From the human T2T-CHM13v2.0 reference genome, Homo sapiens: a stretch of 64,000 bases of DNA. Shown piece after piece: positions 33,088 to 47,785 of the stretch. Both the position numbers and the translations under genes were made by a program. The DNA lies in NCBI GenBank assembly GCA_009914755.4, contig CP068257.2:11904001-11968000 (forward strand), given 5' to 3'. The notes beneath the pieces were generated by a model. The model had not been told where the DNA came from, did no database searches, and saw only the letters and a program-made list of their open reading frames with translations. Numbering within the stretch: the stretch's first letter is position 1; every line of letters starts with the position of its first letter.

Positions 33088-34919
33088 AAAAAGACTTCAC
33101 CAATATTATTTATTTTTCCTGTTGCCTCAGGTTCCAACATGGCTCAACATGGCAGTTGCTGATCCTGACTTTGCTTAAAATTTGGTACTTTATCACAAAT
33201 TTTAAAATTAATTTTGATTTCTCAAAATATTGATTAAAATATTTATCTCTACTATTGAATTTTTGGGCACACCTTTAAATTTTGCATGCAAGATAAGCAC
33301 CTTCCTCAGTTGTAGGATGTTGACGGTGATAAGGACATTAGCAAAGGAAATATTGAAAAGCTCATGAATACTGTTGCATAATTCTTCTTAGAGAAAATAG
33401 TTTCTTGGTATAGGATAGAACAATTGCTAAAGGGAAGGTGACCTCCTACATAGCATGAAAAGATGTGTCATGATCTTGGTATTTGTAATTTGTTCCCTTT
33501 CACTCTGCTCAACTAAAACAAGGATGAAAAACATTTTTCCATTAAAGATTATTAATTTTAAAAATTAATTGAGTCAGAAAAAAATGCAAATTAATTTTAT
33601 TTTATTTTAAAATTATTTTAATCTTTTGCTTTAAAGAAAACACTGAGTTTATGGGTCACTTTACAAGTGAAATAAGAACACAGATTTGGGGGTAATAAAC
33701 ATAATTTAGCACCAAATATATTTGTTCTAATTTATTTCACAGTTTAAAAACAAAGTGTAAGAGTAGAAAAAGGAAAGAAAGAAGAAAGGAGAGAGAAGTA
33801 CAGAAAAAGTTACAATAATCAAAATAAAAACCAAGAGAAAAGGGAAAAGAAAGACTAGCAGAGACATAAATGGAAAGATAGTCGTATGACTTAAAAAAAA
33901 AAAAGGTGAAGAGACAGAGAGATACTAGTCCACGAGGAGAGCAAGACCATCCAGAGGCAGAACTCCTTATCCAAGGAATTCAGAAGTAATTAGACATCCC
34001 TATTATGTAAAGCTGGCATCTGGTATGAGATTTCTTTTCCAAAAATTTGTGAGTAACCAGAATTTCTATGCATCTCTGGAATGCATGTATTCTAAACTCA
34101 TTGTGCAACCCTTGCTGACATCAAGGCACCAAAATGTCTATAAATGTAATTGTTTACCATGACCTATGTGGCTAATATGGTAAAAATTACCCTTAAGCTC
34201 CCACTTTAAGGTCCATAAATACCCTAAGGAAAAATCTAGTGCAGTGGCATACTCAGTCCTCTCTTGCTGAGGAGCCCTGCTGCACTTCTCTGCAGCATTC
34301 TTTCCATCTAATACAGCTTTCCTTTCCAAATCTATACAGTTGTTGGTAAATTCTTCTTACTACCCACAAGCCAACCACACTCCACTGCCTGGGCTGTGAC
34401 AGCTCGCATGGCAGTCCATATAAATGCACAGTCTACAAATCCATATAACCACAAAAAGAAAACAATGATAAAGAGAGCTGCACAAAGGAAAATAGAGAAA
34501 GGAAGCAAAATGAATGAGGTTAGATACGTTCTTAGGTGGAATAACAACCCCATCTTGGAGTAGGTTAGTCTTGCCACCAAAACTTTTAAAAACATGATTT
34601 TTTTCATAATTGTGCATATAATCCAGGATCTTACTCACCTCTTAATGTTCACTCTAATACATAAGATAAAATTAATCTGAAGATCTAAAATAGTCCTCAA
34701 AATGGAGACTTTTTAATCCTTCTAGGAAAGTTTTATCACCTTGGATAGATTTTTTCCTCCAGATAATCTTGAATTAATTTTACAATGAAAAGTATTACTG
34801 GTATTTTATTAAATTGTATTCAATTTATGCATTGGCATGTATATATTCAATAATATTACTTTTAACCAACAAAAGAGTTTGTCTCTGAATTTATTCATTT
34901 TTTTCTCAAAAAATATTAC

Positions 34920-35088
34920 CACTTTTTACATGAACAGATACTTTCCAAAAGAAAACATGTATACGGCCAATAAGCATATGAAAAAAAAATGCTCAGCTTG
35001 ACTATTCATTAGAGAAATGCAAATCAAAACCACAATGAGATACCATCTCACACCAGTCAGAAGGACTGTTATTAAAAAGTCAAAAAAT
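34920..35088 (+). mobile_element. Short L1 ORF2 C-terminal fragment (+ strand) truncated by an Alu insertion
   Basis: ..ctttccaaaagaaaacatgtatacggccaataagcatatgaaaaaaaaatgctcagc..gagaaatgcaaatcaaaaccacaatgagataccatctcacaccagt.. Confidence 0.65.
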
Positions 35089-35450
<362 letters not shown>

Positions 35451-35961
35451 CTAATATTTTTATATCCTTAACACTTTATACAAAAAAATCAAAGGAAGAA
35501 GAAGAACATTTAAGTTTACTTTGTTTCATTTTTCAGAGTTAATAGTTGTTTCACATTCTCACCAAGATTTGATTTTTAAATGTGGATCTTGTATCCTGCA
35601 ACCCTTGATAAATTTCCTTGTAAATTATAGTTCTTTAAAGACACCATAGTATGCTCTACACATATATTTCTTCTATGAATAAATAGATTTTTATTTTTTT
35701 CTTCCTAATATTAATACCTTTAAAAAAAAAACTTTATTTCAGTGGTTAGCACATGTTGAATAGAAGTGGTGAGAGCATGAATACTTGCATTCTTCCTAAT
35801 CTTAAGGGGGCATGCATTCAAGATTTTATCATATGTTATAATGGTTGCTGTAGGTTTTTCATAATTGCCCTTTATTGGACTGGAGAGGTTCCCTTTCATT
35901 TCCAATGTACTTAGAATTTTTTACAGACATGAATGGATGTTAAAACGAATGATTTTCTGCC

Positions 35962-36174
35962 TCTATTGGCGTTCACCACCACACCCAGCTAATTTATTTT
36001 ATTTTATTTTATTTTATTTTATTTTATTTTATTTTATTTTATTTTATTTTTATTTTTAGTAGAGTTGGGTTTCACCGTGTTAGCCAGGATGGTCTCGATC
36101 TCCTGACCTCCTGATCCGCCTGCCTCAGCCTCCCAAATTGCTGGGATTACAGGCACTAGCCACTGCGCCCGGCT
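35962..36174 (-). mobile_element. Partial Alu (- strand) carrying an expanded pentanucleotide repeat
   Basis: ..cacccagctaatttattttattttatt(n)..tagtagagttgggtttcaccgtgttagccaggatggtctcgatctcctgacctcctgatccgcctgcctcagcctcccaaattgctgggattacaggc.. Confidence 0.8.
35994..36055. repeat. (TTTTA)n / (ATTTT)n microsatellite, about 12 units
   Basis: Read directly from the sequence. It arose from the A/T-rich linker of the antisense Alu. Confidence 0.9.
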
Positions 36175-37341
36175 GAGGACATGTGTTTAAAAAGGTAGCA
36201 TAACTCCTATTTCTAGCTGCTCTTGCAACTAAAGGTGGCTGTGTACAGAATAACTCTATTCCTCTATATCCTGTTTGGACAAACCATCTTTCCATTGATT
36301 TAAGCACACTTTCAGAATAAAACGTAATTTCTTATCTCAGGAATTCCAAAGTCTAATGGAAGAGGCAAGCTTATATTGAATAATTTAGCAAAGCAGATTG
36401 TGCTTGGCAATAATAAAGTAATTCAATATATAAAACATAAGAAAAGAAGGAAATATCTGTTTCATAGTTGTAATTAGAACTTTACTATGCAGAATAGGTA
36501 GAGAGGCATTCCTCAAAAGATTAAGAGAGGTATAAAGTAAATGTAAATGTCAACTATAGGGGTTTTCTTAGGCAGAGAATCATGCTTTAGGGTAAATGAA
36601 GGTGACGCTGGTATTCAGGTTCCTTTGGAGAAGGCAACAATAAAAGTAGAGTTATCATTTATGAGATCCAAGAAGCCCAAGAAAAGATAATAAGAGCCCA
36701 AGCCACAGCAGGCTCAGACTCTTTTTCCTAAATAAAAAGGAACGAATAGCTAAATATGACAAAAGTCAAGGTATCTTTTAAGAAAGTTACACTTCCCCTG
36801 AAGCACAACAGAAATCAAAGATAGTCACCCTACAGCACTCCTTGCCTCTCTTCCAAGGATACAGCTATGTATTGTTTTTTAAAAAAGGTAAAGGGAATAT
36901 ATCACTTGACCATGTCTCTTTCCAAGGTGAATTTCTCCAAAAGCACAACTTTGGGGCACTTGTATGAGATATAGTTTAAACCCCACTGAATTTGATTTCC
37001 CACCCTCCCAGACACTTACCTTTATTATTTTCTCATATTTGTTTGCTTTTGTTTCCTTAATATAGTCCAGGAAAGGTATTTGTGGGCCGTCCTACAGGAG
37101 AAGTTATAATGAATTGAAAAATGTGAAGAACCTTCTATTCTCCCAAGAGTATATGGCAAAGAGGGTTTAATTGCACCCAAAATATCAGTGTGGAAGGGTC
37201 ACATAACTGATACTATAAAGTAACACATTGTCTTACAGAATTTTCGTTCTTAGGCTGAAATATTACCTTCTTCATCAAACTTACCTGACCGCATGTTTGA
37301 TGTTGTTTGAGTAAAATATAATACTCTTTTATTTCCCAAAT

Positions 37342-37348
37342 GCACACA

Positions 37349-37392
<44 letters not shown>
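37342..37392. repeat. (CA)n dinucleotide microsatellite (about 25 units)
   Basis: Read directly from the sequence. Confidence 0.95.
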
Positions 37393-37395
<3 letters not shown>

Positions 37396-37573
37396 TATGT
37401 TTTGGGAAATATATGTGCTATAGTATCTATATTTATTCACTTCTTAAATTTGTACTTAATTAAAATGACAAGATGAATTTGCTGAAAGGAGTTGGTAAAA
37501 TGATCAGCTGTATTCAGTCACATAACTATTGTTTAGTCTTAGTAATGAAAATAGAAAAAAAAAAAAAAAAAAA

Positions 37574-37872
37574 CCAGCCAGGTGCAGTGGCTCACGCCTG
37601 TAATCCCAGCAATCTGGGAGGCCAAGGTGGGTGGATCACCTGAGGTCGGGAGTTCGAGACCAGCCTGGCCAGCATGGTGAAACCTCATCTCTACCAAAAA
37701 TACAAAAATTAGCTGGGCGTGGTGGCACGCACCTGTAACCTCAGCTACTTGAGAAGCTGAGGTAAGAGAATCACTTGAACTTGGGAGGCGGTGCTTGCAG
37801 TAAGCCGAGATTGCACTACTGCACTCCAGCCTGGGTGACAGAATGAGACTCCACCTCAGTCAAAAAAAAAAA
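37574..37872 (+). mobile_element. AluS (+ strand) with a ~17-bp target-site duplication AATGAAAATAGAAAAAA
   Basis: ..gccaggtgcagtggctcacgcctgtaatcccagcaatctgggaggccaagg.. The duplication is visible at about 37545-37562 and 37873-37889. Confidence 0.88.
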
Positions 37873-39989
37873 ATGAAAATAGAAAAAACCGACAGACACT
37901 AAAAGCTAAGAAAATAGTGTGTTCATTTTGGAATCTAATTCAAAATTCATTATAATGAATTTTAACGGGCCACCAAAGGCATGTGTTGAAGTTCACTGAA
38001 TATTATTCAATGTTTGAGAATTACAGACAGCACACATATTTCATTTGTAGCAATGTCTGATTTGTTTTGCATATATATATTTGCATTTATTTAAAACAAA
38101 AAACGTCAAAATATATTTCATCTGTTATTTGGAAAAAACATTGAGTAACTAATTGTCCAAATATAGGTCTCTATTTTCTAATTTTTAATTAACAATGCTT
38201 CTTATTTAAAAAAATAACTTATTTCAAAATAACTGACATTTAATGTTTTTACATTTTTTAAAGTGTTCATGTACATCTATTTAATTTCTAGATATCGTGA
38301 GGGAATCGTCACTGTATCTGGAAGCCAGATGCCAAAGATGTTCAGTTATTATCAATGTATCTATGCATAAAGGATTGAAAATGATTCTTCATGCCATAAT
38401 TTATCTAAATATTCATTCCTTTGGAACACTGTTTTCCACCAATAGTAACAAGACTTGGAACAAAATAAAATAGTAATATCATGTGCATTTTCTATTTGTG
38501 CACTTTTCCACTTCTGGAAATAGTCATAGAATCATTTTGTGACAGATTACTATCATCCATGATCCTAAGTCACTAAGAATAAGTGTTAGAGTCTTTGGGT
38601 TAAATTGCCATAAGGACTAAATTTATTTTTTAACCAATTCCCTAAAGAATCAACTGATTTTTAGTTTTACAGCATATGTATGACCTCTCCATCCATTTTG
38701 CCTTAATTCTAGTTCTTTTTATCCTTCAGTGGTGAGAATGAGAAAACCTGGATGCATATGGCTATGGTTGATTTGAAAAGTACTTTTTAAACATTTGGAA
38801 GTTTTTCAAAACCAAAAGCATATTTGCCAAGTGATCTTTTCCCCCTACATTTTAAATCCATGTGCAACCTAAGAGAAATTTAGACCATATGCTAGTTCAG
38901 ATTGACTTACATTAAAATCATGAAAATTTTATTTAATAGCTCTTTGACACACAGGGAGTGTTTAAATTAAGCTTCTCTAAACTTTACATTTTTCAGAATA
39001 CACTCTGTTTTCTATCTACCCTCAACTACTCCTCACTACTCTCCAGGAAAATATCAGATTTAATTCAGGAGGTGTAAGTTGGATGTTTTCAGTCCATCAA
39101 CAATGATTAAGTAATTTAAAAAGCATTCTTTTTTTCACTTCTTCTCTAGTTTTCGTTTGTTTGTTTAAATATATCTGTGCAAGTTCAGAACAGTTTTATT
39201 TATATTAGGACCAATAATCTGAGGAATGAAATAAATTGTTGCATTTGTTGCAATAAATGAGTTTATGCTCCCTTTACAGAACATTAAGGACATGAACTTT
39301 TAAGTTTTAATGTTTCACTATAAATGATACTTGAGTCTTCTATTAGAATAAATAAGGTAAACCTTATATAAAGAAAAAATAAAAATCTTCTCCTTCTCAT
39401 CTGCATTTGCAATCCCACATGCACTGAAGTAATCAATGTTAATGGTTTTCTGTCCATTTGGCCACACCTCTAATGGATGGAATTTATGTAGTGTAATTCT
39501 TTGTCAGGTACAACTACACATGAGTAAAACTAGGTGTGATTTAGGACTCAAGATTAGGATTTTTAACTAGTAGTGAAATGGGAAGGGAAAAGCAAAGGTA
39601 AAATATACATCAACTAATTGCAGAAGGGTGTATAGAAGGGAGTCATCTGTATATATGACATCTGATGGCCCCGCCACTCAGCTAACCCATCCACGCTTGA
39701 AATGATAAATAGACAAGTGCATTGAAAATTGTAAGTGTGACGGAAAGGTCACCACGTGATTGCTACTATTATATTGTTTTATTATTTTGTTCTCCCAACA
39801 ATGTGTAGCTCAAATTTATACTACAGGCTGTTCATATCCCTTAACAAAATATCCATTAATTTATGAATTTGACAAAATTCTAACTTACTGCAATGTCCTA
39901 TAAATAATAGTTCGGCCCATCTGCGGTGATGACTGTTCCAGAAGATCTTTCTGATGTTGAATAACTAATACTGTTTTTCAATGTTACTA

Positions 39990-40054
39990 TTAGGTTGGTG
40001 CAAAAATAATTGCGATTTTTGCCATTAATCCCAACTACATTTGCACCAACCTAA
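39990..40054. mobile_element. MADE1-like MITE (Hsmar1 mariner-derived palindromic element) flanked by TA
   Basis: TTAGGTTGGTGCAAAAATAATTGCGATTTTTGCCATTAATCCCAACTACATTTGCACCAACCTAA. It has terminal inverted repeats and TA on both sides. Its 65 bp is shorter than the ~80-bp consensus. Confidence 0.75.
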
Positions 40055-42016
40055 TAGTAATTTAACATGCTGTATCTAACATTTGTGGACACTGATCGAA
40101 TATGCAATATTCTGGGGAGAAGTTGGTGGAAGAGATGTGTGTTGTTTTGTGAAAGATAGTATTCTGAGGGAGGGCAGAAAAGGGATATATATGTAAGAAA
40201 ATAGTGGATCTTGATCAGATGCATGCTTGTTCCTATTTACAAGAAGTCTACTCTGTGTTACTGAACAAATAAACTTACATGAAGTCAACTAATTCCAAAG
40301 AATTTACCGTCTAGAGAAATTCACATTTGTAATAATAAATAGTTTTCTTAATGACAGAAATTTCATGTCTTTTTTATTTTATAGCTATAAACATAGAGTT
40401 ATAAAATCTAAATACAGACAAGCCTACCCAGTGTTTGATTATATTCAATGATGTTTAAAAGTAATAGCCTCTCTTTTGTTCTTACTGGGAACATTATCAT
40501 TAGCACAGTGCTTCATACAGGCTCTTATTACTTCTATCTCCCATTGTTATGATTGGCAAAGCACAAAGCCATACTCAACTAGGAATACTTGGGCACATTG
40601 CAGCATTTATCACAGGGTGGACTGGATACTGAGTTTCTTAATTTATAAATTTTTCTTTCCAATGCAAAATTTGTGAAGGCTTAATGTTGGAAAAATGTCT
40701 GAATGGCTATAAATTCCCTTCCTAATTCCCTCCCCTCAATGCATACCTGTTTTTTTTGTTTTTTTTTTTGGCTCATTCTTAGAACTGTAGCTGTTCTTGA
40801 ATCTTTGATGGGTTGAAGCTAATCCACATTCAGATTTTACAATCTCATATAATTGCCAAAATTCTACCCTTCAAAACACTTGTTTCTTTCTTTTTTTCTC
40901 TTACATTTCCTAAAAGAAAATTAGTGAAAAAACAATTTTTTATTTGGTCTGAAACTTTATGGCAAATCTGAGGACAGGAAGAAATTTAGGGACTTCTTTG
41001 TGCACTTTTGATTTGGCGAATACCTGGAATATATATTTTTCTCTCTGCACAATGCAAAGTAGTTGCACTCACAAAGTATCAATTAGAAAAAGAAATTCTT
41101 CCCACATTTCATCAGAGTTTTAAGTGGTTACACTACAATAATCCCCAGCTATTTGGGAAATGGTAAAAAAAACTTTGAAGATCAAGCCATCATTATTATT
41201 TTCACTAAAACCTAAAAATTCAGCCACAATATGTCAAACCAGTTGGGACAGGACTTCCTTCCTCTAATTTAGTTTTTACTGCTGGATACCTGATGGGCTA
41301 CTTACTATATCCGGTGTCTCATAGGGCAAATTGTACTTGGAGACAATGTGAATATTGGCTCTGTTATACTCATCAGTCTGAGCCAATATAAACATTCTAT
41401 GAGTAATTCTGAATACTATCAGTCAGCTTGTCTTCAGCCTTTAAATTTAGTAATAATAGCAAAAATAGTCAACATTTATTGAGAACTATGTTCCAGACTT
41501 TACTAAGAACTTTATCTGCAACACTTTATTTAATGCTCATCACCAATCTGTGAGATACTATTGTTTTGCTCACTTTTACATAAAGGAAGTAGGGCTTAAA
41601 GAGGCAAAGTAACTTGACTATGATTACATAGCTAATAAATTTTGGAAAATGCCATGATTTAAAACTGTGATTGTAAAAATTATAGCAAAACATCAGACCC
41701 TCTTATTATTTACCTCCCCTCTTTCTTTGGAGGTGGTCAATCTGTTCATATATACCATAAATTTTTCTCCTATCAAAATGGCTTCATAACATTTGATAAC
41801 AATTAAGGAAATCTAAACAATGTATGGACTTTAATTTAATATCATGTGGCAGTATTGGTTTGTTAGTCTCAAAAAAGTTACCATACCAATACAAGAAGTT
41901 ACTGAGAGAGGAAACTGAGTGTGGGGTATGGGAGAACACTCTGTGTTATAGTCAATTTTCTAGCAATCTAAAGCTATTTTAAAATTAAAATTCTATCTTA
42001 AAAAATGACTATATAG

Positions 42017-42309
42017 GCTGGGTGCAGTGGCTCACATGTGTAATCCCAGCACTTTGGGAGGCCGAGGCGGGCAAATCACCAGGTCAGGAGATCGAGACCA
42101 TCATGGCTAACACGGTGAAACCCTGTCTCTACTAAAAATACAAAAAAGTAGCCAGGCCTGGTGGTGGGTGCCTGTAGTCCCAGCTACTCAGGAGGCTGAG
42201 CAGGAGAATGGCATGAACCCAGGAAGTGGAGCTTGCAGCAAGCTAAGATCACACCACTGCACTCCAGCCTGGGTGACAGAGTGAGACTCTGTCTCAAAAA
42301 AAAAAGAAA
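42017..42309 (+). mobile_element. AluS/Y (+ strand) with target-site duplication AAAATGACT
   Basis: ggctgggtgcagtggctcacatgtgtaatccc... with a poly-A tail. Confidence 0.88.
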
Positions 42310-42846
42310 ATGACTGTTTATGCATACCCAGCCGGTGTTTAAAACAATCCACCCATACAACTAACAGACATCTTCTATCACAATTTTATGATGGTTTTGC
42401 TAAAGAGTGGCAAAATATACTCAGAAACCAAATTAGCTGATTTCGTTAAACCCATTCTTCTTAATGTCAGAAGCCCTTACTCCATGTTTTCAAAATTCAT
42501 GATATTGTAAGGATTGTGAAAAAATTCGAAAGCAAATTAAGGTAGTCAAAGGAAAAGTGTTTACAAAAATGTTACTAGCACAACAATCCATCTACAAAAA
42601 TGTGAACATATTTTAATAACCTTGAACATGGCAAGAAGAGTTGCAATATAAAAAGAGATTTACATGTACAAAAGCTGAGGGAAAAAGTTTCAGCTTCAAG
42701 CATTAACGTTTTAGTTCATAAATCTGAAGGAAAATAAAGAGAAAATAAAGGCATTAAGAGATATGAAACAATGTAAAAATGAATATTTCTTTTATGAATC
42801 CTTGTGAATATATGACAGTATACAAGCTACAGAAAACTAGTTTACT

Positions 42847-43110
42847 GGGCGGATCACGAGGTCAGGAGATCTAGACCATCCTGGCTAACACGGCGAAACC
42901 CTCTTCTCTACTAAAAAATACAAAAAATTAGCCAGGAGTGGTGGCGGGCACCTGTAGTCCCAGCTACTAGTGGGGCTGAGGCAGGAGAATGGTGTGAACC
43001 CGGGAGTCAGAGGTTGCGGTGAGCCGAGATCGCGCCACTGCACTCCAGCCTGGGCGACAGAGAGAGACTCGGTCTCAAAAAAAAAAAAAAAAAAAAAAGA
43101 AAGAAAAAAG
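42847..43110 (+). mobile_element. 5'-truncated Alu (+ strand), part of a locally duplicated block
   Basis: Starts gggcggatcacgaggtcagg and has a long poly-A tail. The following 56 bp (43111-43166) are identical to 44241-44296. Confidence 0.85.
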
Positions 43111-43383
43111 AAAACAGATAAAGGACAAGCAAATAGAGAGGGGGAAAGCAGCCACCACCGTAATTTGAACAGTAAAACTGAGAGGAACTTTGAAGTGGAA
43201 AGGAGTGTAGTCTTTATTTCATCCTTGGGGATTTGTCAGGGCTGGAGGATGCACACAACAAATAAATAATTTAGAGTGCTCTGAAATATGGTCAGACAGC
43301 ATATGCCTTGCAGTTATGTCTACACTTTGTGCTTGATCCAAGCATACATATTATTGGGGCAATATCTGACTGATACCTTTTAA

Positions 43384-43417
43384 ACACACCACACACACAC
43401 ACACACACACACACACA
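43384..43417. repeat. (AC)n microsatellite
   Basis: Read directly from the sequence. Confidence 0.95.
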
Positions 43418-43927
43418 ATGTTTTATAGAAAATATATCTGGGCCTGGCTACATTTCCAGAGTGCCCCATTTCTCTTGGTTCAAATTTCCGTCTAGAAATC
43501 AAGTTAAATCTTTGGGATGACACTAATGTTGTAAAGGTGCTGCATAAAAATAAGATTTTTTAAAGTAGATAAACCATTCAATAATTTTCTACAGCAGGTG
43601 AATGACAGAAGCATTGACCTGAAATTTCACAATGGACTCCAGTGAGAATTCCCTGCAATCATGTCTCTTTTCCCATTTGTTAAGTACAACCACAGTACTA
43701 CAACCACAGCCACAACTACACCAACACGATTTCCTCACATGATCAGCTGTACTTTCCTGCTCTAGTCCAAGATCTTCCAGCCATGCCTTCCTACAGCACT
43801 CTACAGCAAGGGTCAGCAAACATTTTCTAAAATGAGCCAGATAGTCAGGACTGGGAAAGGCTTTGATAAATGAGAGAGAACGAGTGACTACACAGCCGGG
43901 AGGAGTGTGAAAACAGAAAAAGGACAA

Positions 43928-44407
<480 letters not shown>

Positions 44408-45959
44408 TTAATAAAAAGTGGCAGCAGGCTAGATTTGGCTTGTGGGCTATAGTTTGTCAAACTATGATGGAACGTTTAAAATTTCCCTGGTTACTTTAAC
44501 TGCAAAAGTGAGTCTTGCATGTTATATTTTACCTCTTCCAGCAGGGCATACAGAGAGGAGCTAGTCAGAACACTTCTTTTTGACATTTATATACTGAGAA
44601 GTATACCAGTGTGTTACTACAGTACATCATGGAGAGTATTCTATCCTTTCCTTTCAGTTCTCATCTTTTGTCCTAGATTAATAGAGAACATCAAGTACTG
44701 TTTTCGGACAGAAAAACTAACAAGCCACCTAAACCCAGTCTTTCTGGCCTCTTAACATTAATGTTGAACTTTCCTTATGCACGGTCAACAAAGATGCTTC
44801 AACACTTCTGTAAGCTTCTCCAATCAGACATTGTGTTTCATTTTATCATCTGCAAAAAGCAGGGGAAAGAGTTTCCAATTTTGTATTGGTTATCAACTGC
44901 AGCATAACAAACCACCCCACAACTCAGAAAAATAATCATTTATCCTCTCAGCTCAAGTATCTGGAAACATCTAAGACCAAGTTGATCTAGGTTGAAACTA
45001 GTTGGGCTTCCCTGAACTTGCACTTCTGCAGTTTACTGACTGGAGGGAGTTTTATTATTTACTGGCTTGCATTGGGCAAATTATCTAACGAGGATCTGCA
45101 CCACCTTTCTTCAATCTTCCTGGAAACAAGAGACTAGCTGAGATATGTTTGTCTCATGGTAGTGAAAGAGGCACAAATCAAGTGTAATTATGCAAACTCC
45201 ATTTAAGCCTTTGCTTTTGTAATGCCTGCCAAAGTTCCACTGGTCAAAGCAAGCCCCAGGAGTAAACCTAGGTCACCAAGCCATAGTAGAAAGACACTAC
45301 ACGTGGAGCGGATTCAGAGAAGTGTGAACATTTTAGTCAGATGTGCAACCTCTCTAAGACTGGCACAAAGGTGAGTGTCAGTAAAAGCCCAGCTTAATTC
45401 CAGCTACCTGATGTTCAGTTCAGTTTTTCAGCTGTAAAGAAGAGAAGATGATGCCTACCACAGAAGATCATTTGTGCAATTACAAGGATTAAATAAGAAT
45501 ATGAGAAATGTGTGAAGTGCCTAATACAAAGTTAATTGGTAAATGTTCTATATTTTTCATATACTCTTGGGCTTGAAAACAGATTAATTCTAAGCTTTCT
45601 AATATTATTCTGTCATAATTGCATAGTTTAGTGGGCCTATCAGCATGTATAAGCAAATGTTAATCAGAGCCAGCCAAGGTTGTGTCTTTTGGATACCAGG
45701 AAAGAGTTACCGTGGCTCTTAGAGAGGAATTGATATGGAGTTTAGTAAAAAAATAAATTTTAGTTTGCTATCCAAAATATATGTTTTGTAAATAGAGCTA
45801 AGATTTGACTGGAAATTTGAGAAAGGTTGGACAATTAGTTATGTATATAAGAAACTGTGCTGAACCTGCCAAATTCTTTGAAGTGGGTCACAATGATTGA
45901 ACAGAGAAGGTGCAAGTATGATATACAGGAATATCACATGACAAGATTTAGTGGGTAGG

Positions 45960-46480
45960 TGGTTATTGCCATTTGGTCTGTTTTGCTATTTATAACCAGT
46001 CTTAGGAGTTTTCTTTAAAACTCATGAAGAAATGAGAGTCTACACTAGCACACAATAATAATATAGATCGGTTGAAAGTAAAAGGAGGAAAAATGGTATG
46101 TTATGTAAACATTAATAAAAGAGGGCAGGAGTGTTATCTCAATACCAGCTAAAATTAATTTCAGAGCAAAGACAATTGGGAGAGACAGAGAAGGGCATCA
46201 CGTAAGACAAAAAGAGTCAGTTCACAAAAAAGATCTGGCAATCTTAAATGTACGTGCAACCAATAACAGAGCTACAAAATATGTGAAGCAAAATCTGATA
46301 GAACTGCAAGAATAAATAGACAAATCAACAATCGTAATTGGAGACTTCAACAAGCATCTTTCAATAATTGGTAGAAAAACTAGATCTAAATACTGTCAAT
46401 GTTATATATATAAAAAAAAAACTCAACAACACCATCAAGCAACAGGATCTTACTGGCATTTATAAAGTGCTCCACCACTG
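45960..46480 (+). mobile_element. Old L1 fragment (ORF2 endonuclease region, + strand)
   Basis: ..attggagacttcaacaagcatctttcaataattggtagaaaaactagatctaaa.. is the L1 endonuclease region (GDFN motif). Confidence 0.55.
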
Positions 46481-46604
46481 GCTGGGTGCGGTGGGTGTAA
46501 TCCCAGCATTTTGGGAGGCCAAGGCGAGTGGATCACCTGAGGTCAGGAGTTGACGAGCCTGGCCAACATGGCAAAACCCCATCTCTACTAAAAATACTAG
46601 AATT
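46481..46604 (+). mobile_element. Older Alu, left arm (host of a nested Alu insertion)
   Basis: ggctgggtgcggtgggtgtaatcccagcattttgggaggccaaggcgagtggatcacctgaggtcagg...ctctactaaaaatactagaatt. Confidence 0.8.
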
Positions 46605-46606
46605 AA

Positions 46607-47177
<571 letters not shown>

Positions 47178-47299
47178 TTAACAAACATTAAGAATTTTTT
47201 AAAAACTGAAATCCTGTAGAATGTATCCTCCAGCCAAAATGGCATCAAATTAAAAATAAAAAAGTAAAATAACAGCAGAATCTTAAATACTTGAAAAAT

Positions 47300-47785
47300 A
47301 AACAGCATACTTTTTTAGTTCTTTTTTTTACATTTTTATTTATTTTAACTTCTGGGGTAGATGTGAAGGATGTGCAGGTTTTTTACATAGGTAAATTTGT
47401 GCCATGGTGGTTTTCCCTACCTATCAACCCATCACCTCGGTTTAAGCCCAGCATGCATTAGAGATTTTTCCCGATGCTCTCCTCTCCCTCCCCCATCCAC
47501 AGGCCCCAGTGTGTGTTGCTTACTTCCCTGTGTCCATGTGTTCTCATTGTTCAGCTCCTACTTATAAGTGAGAACGTTAGAAGTTTGGCTTTCTGTTTCT
47601 GCATTAGTTTCCTGAGGATAATGGCTTCCTGTTCCATCCATGTCCCTGCAATGGACATGATCTCCTTCATTTTTATGGCTGCATAGTATTCCATGTTGTA
47701 TGGGTACTACATTTTCTTCATCCAGTGTATTACCGATGGGCATTTAGGTTGATTCCATGTCTTTGCTATTGTGAATAGTGCTAAA
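47300..47785 (-). mobile_element. L1 3' end (- strand)
   Basis: Reverse complement of the L1 3'UTR and ORF2 C-terminus. ORF 47474-47686 is the antisense-L1 pseudo-ORF (..SFLRIMASCSIHVPAMDMISFIFMAA). Confidence 0.7.
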
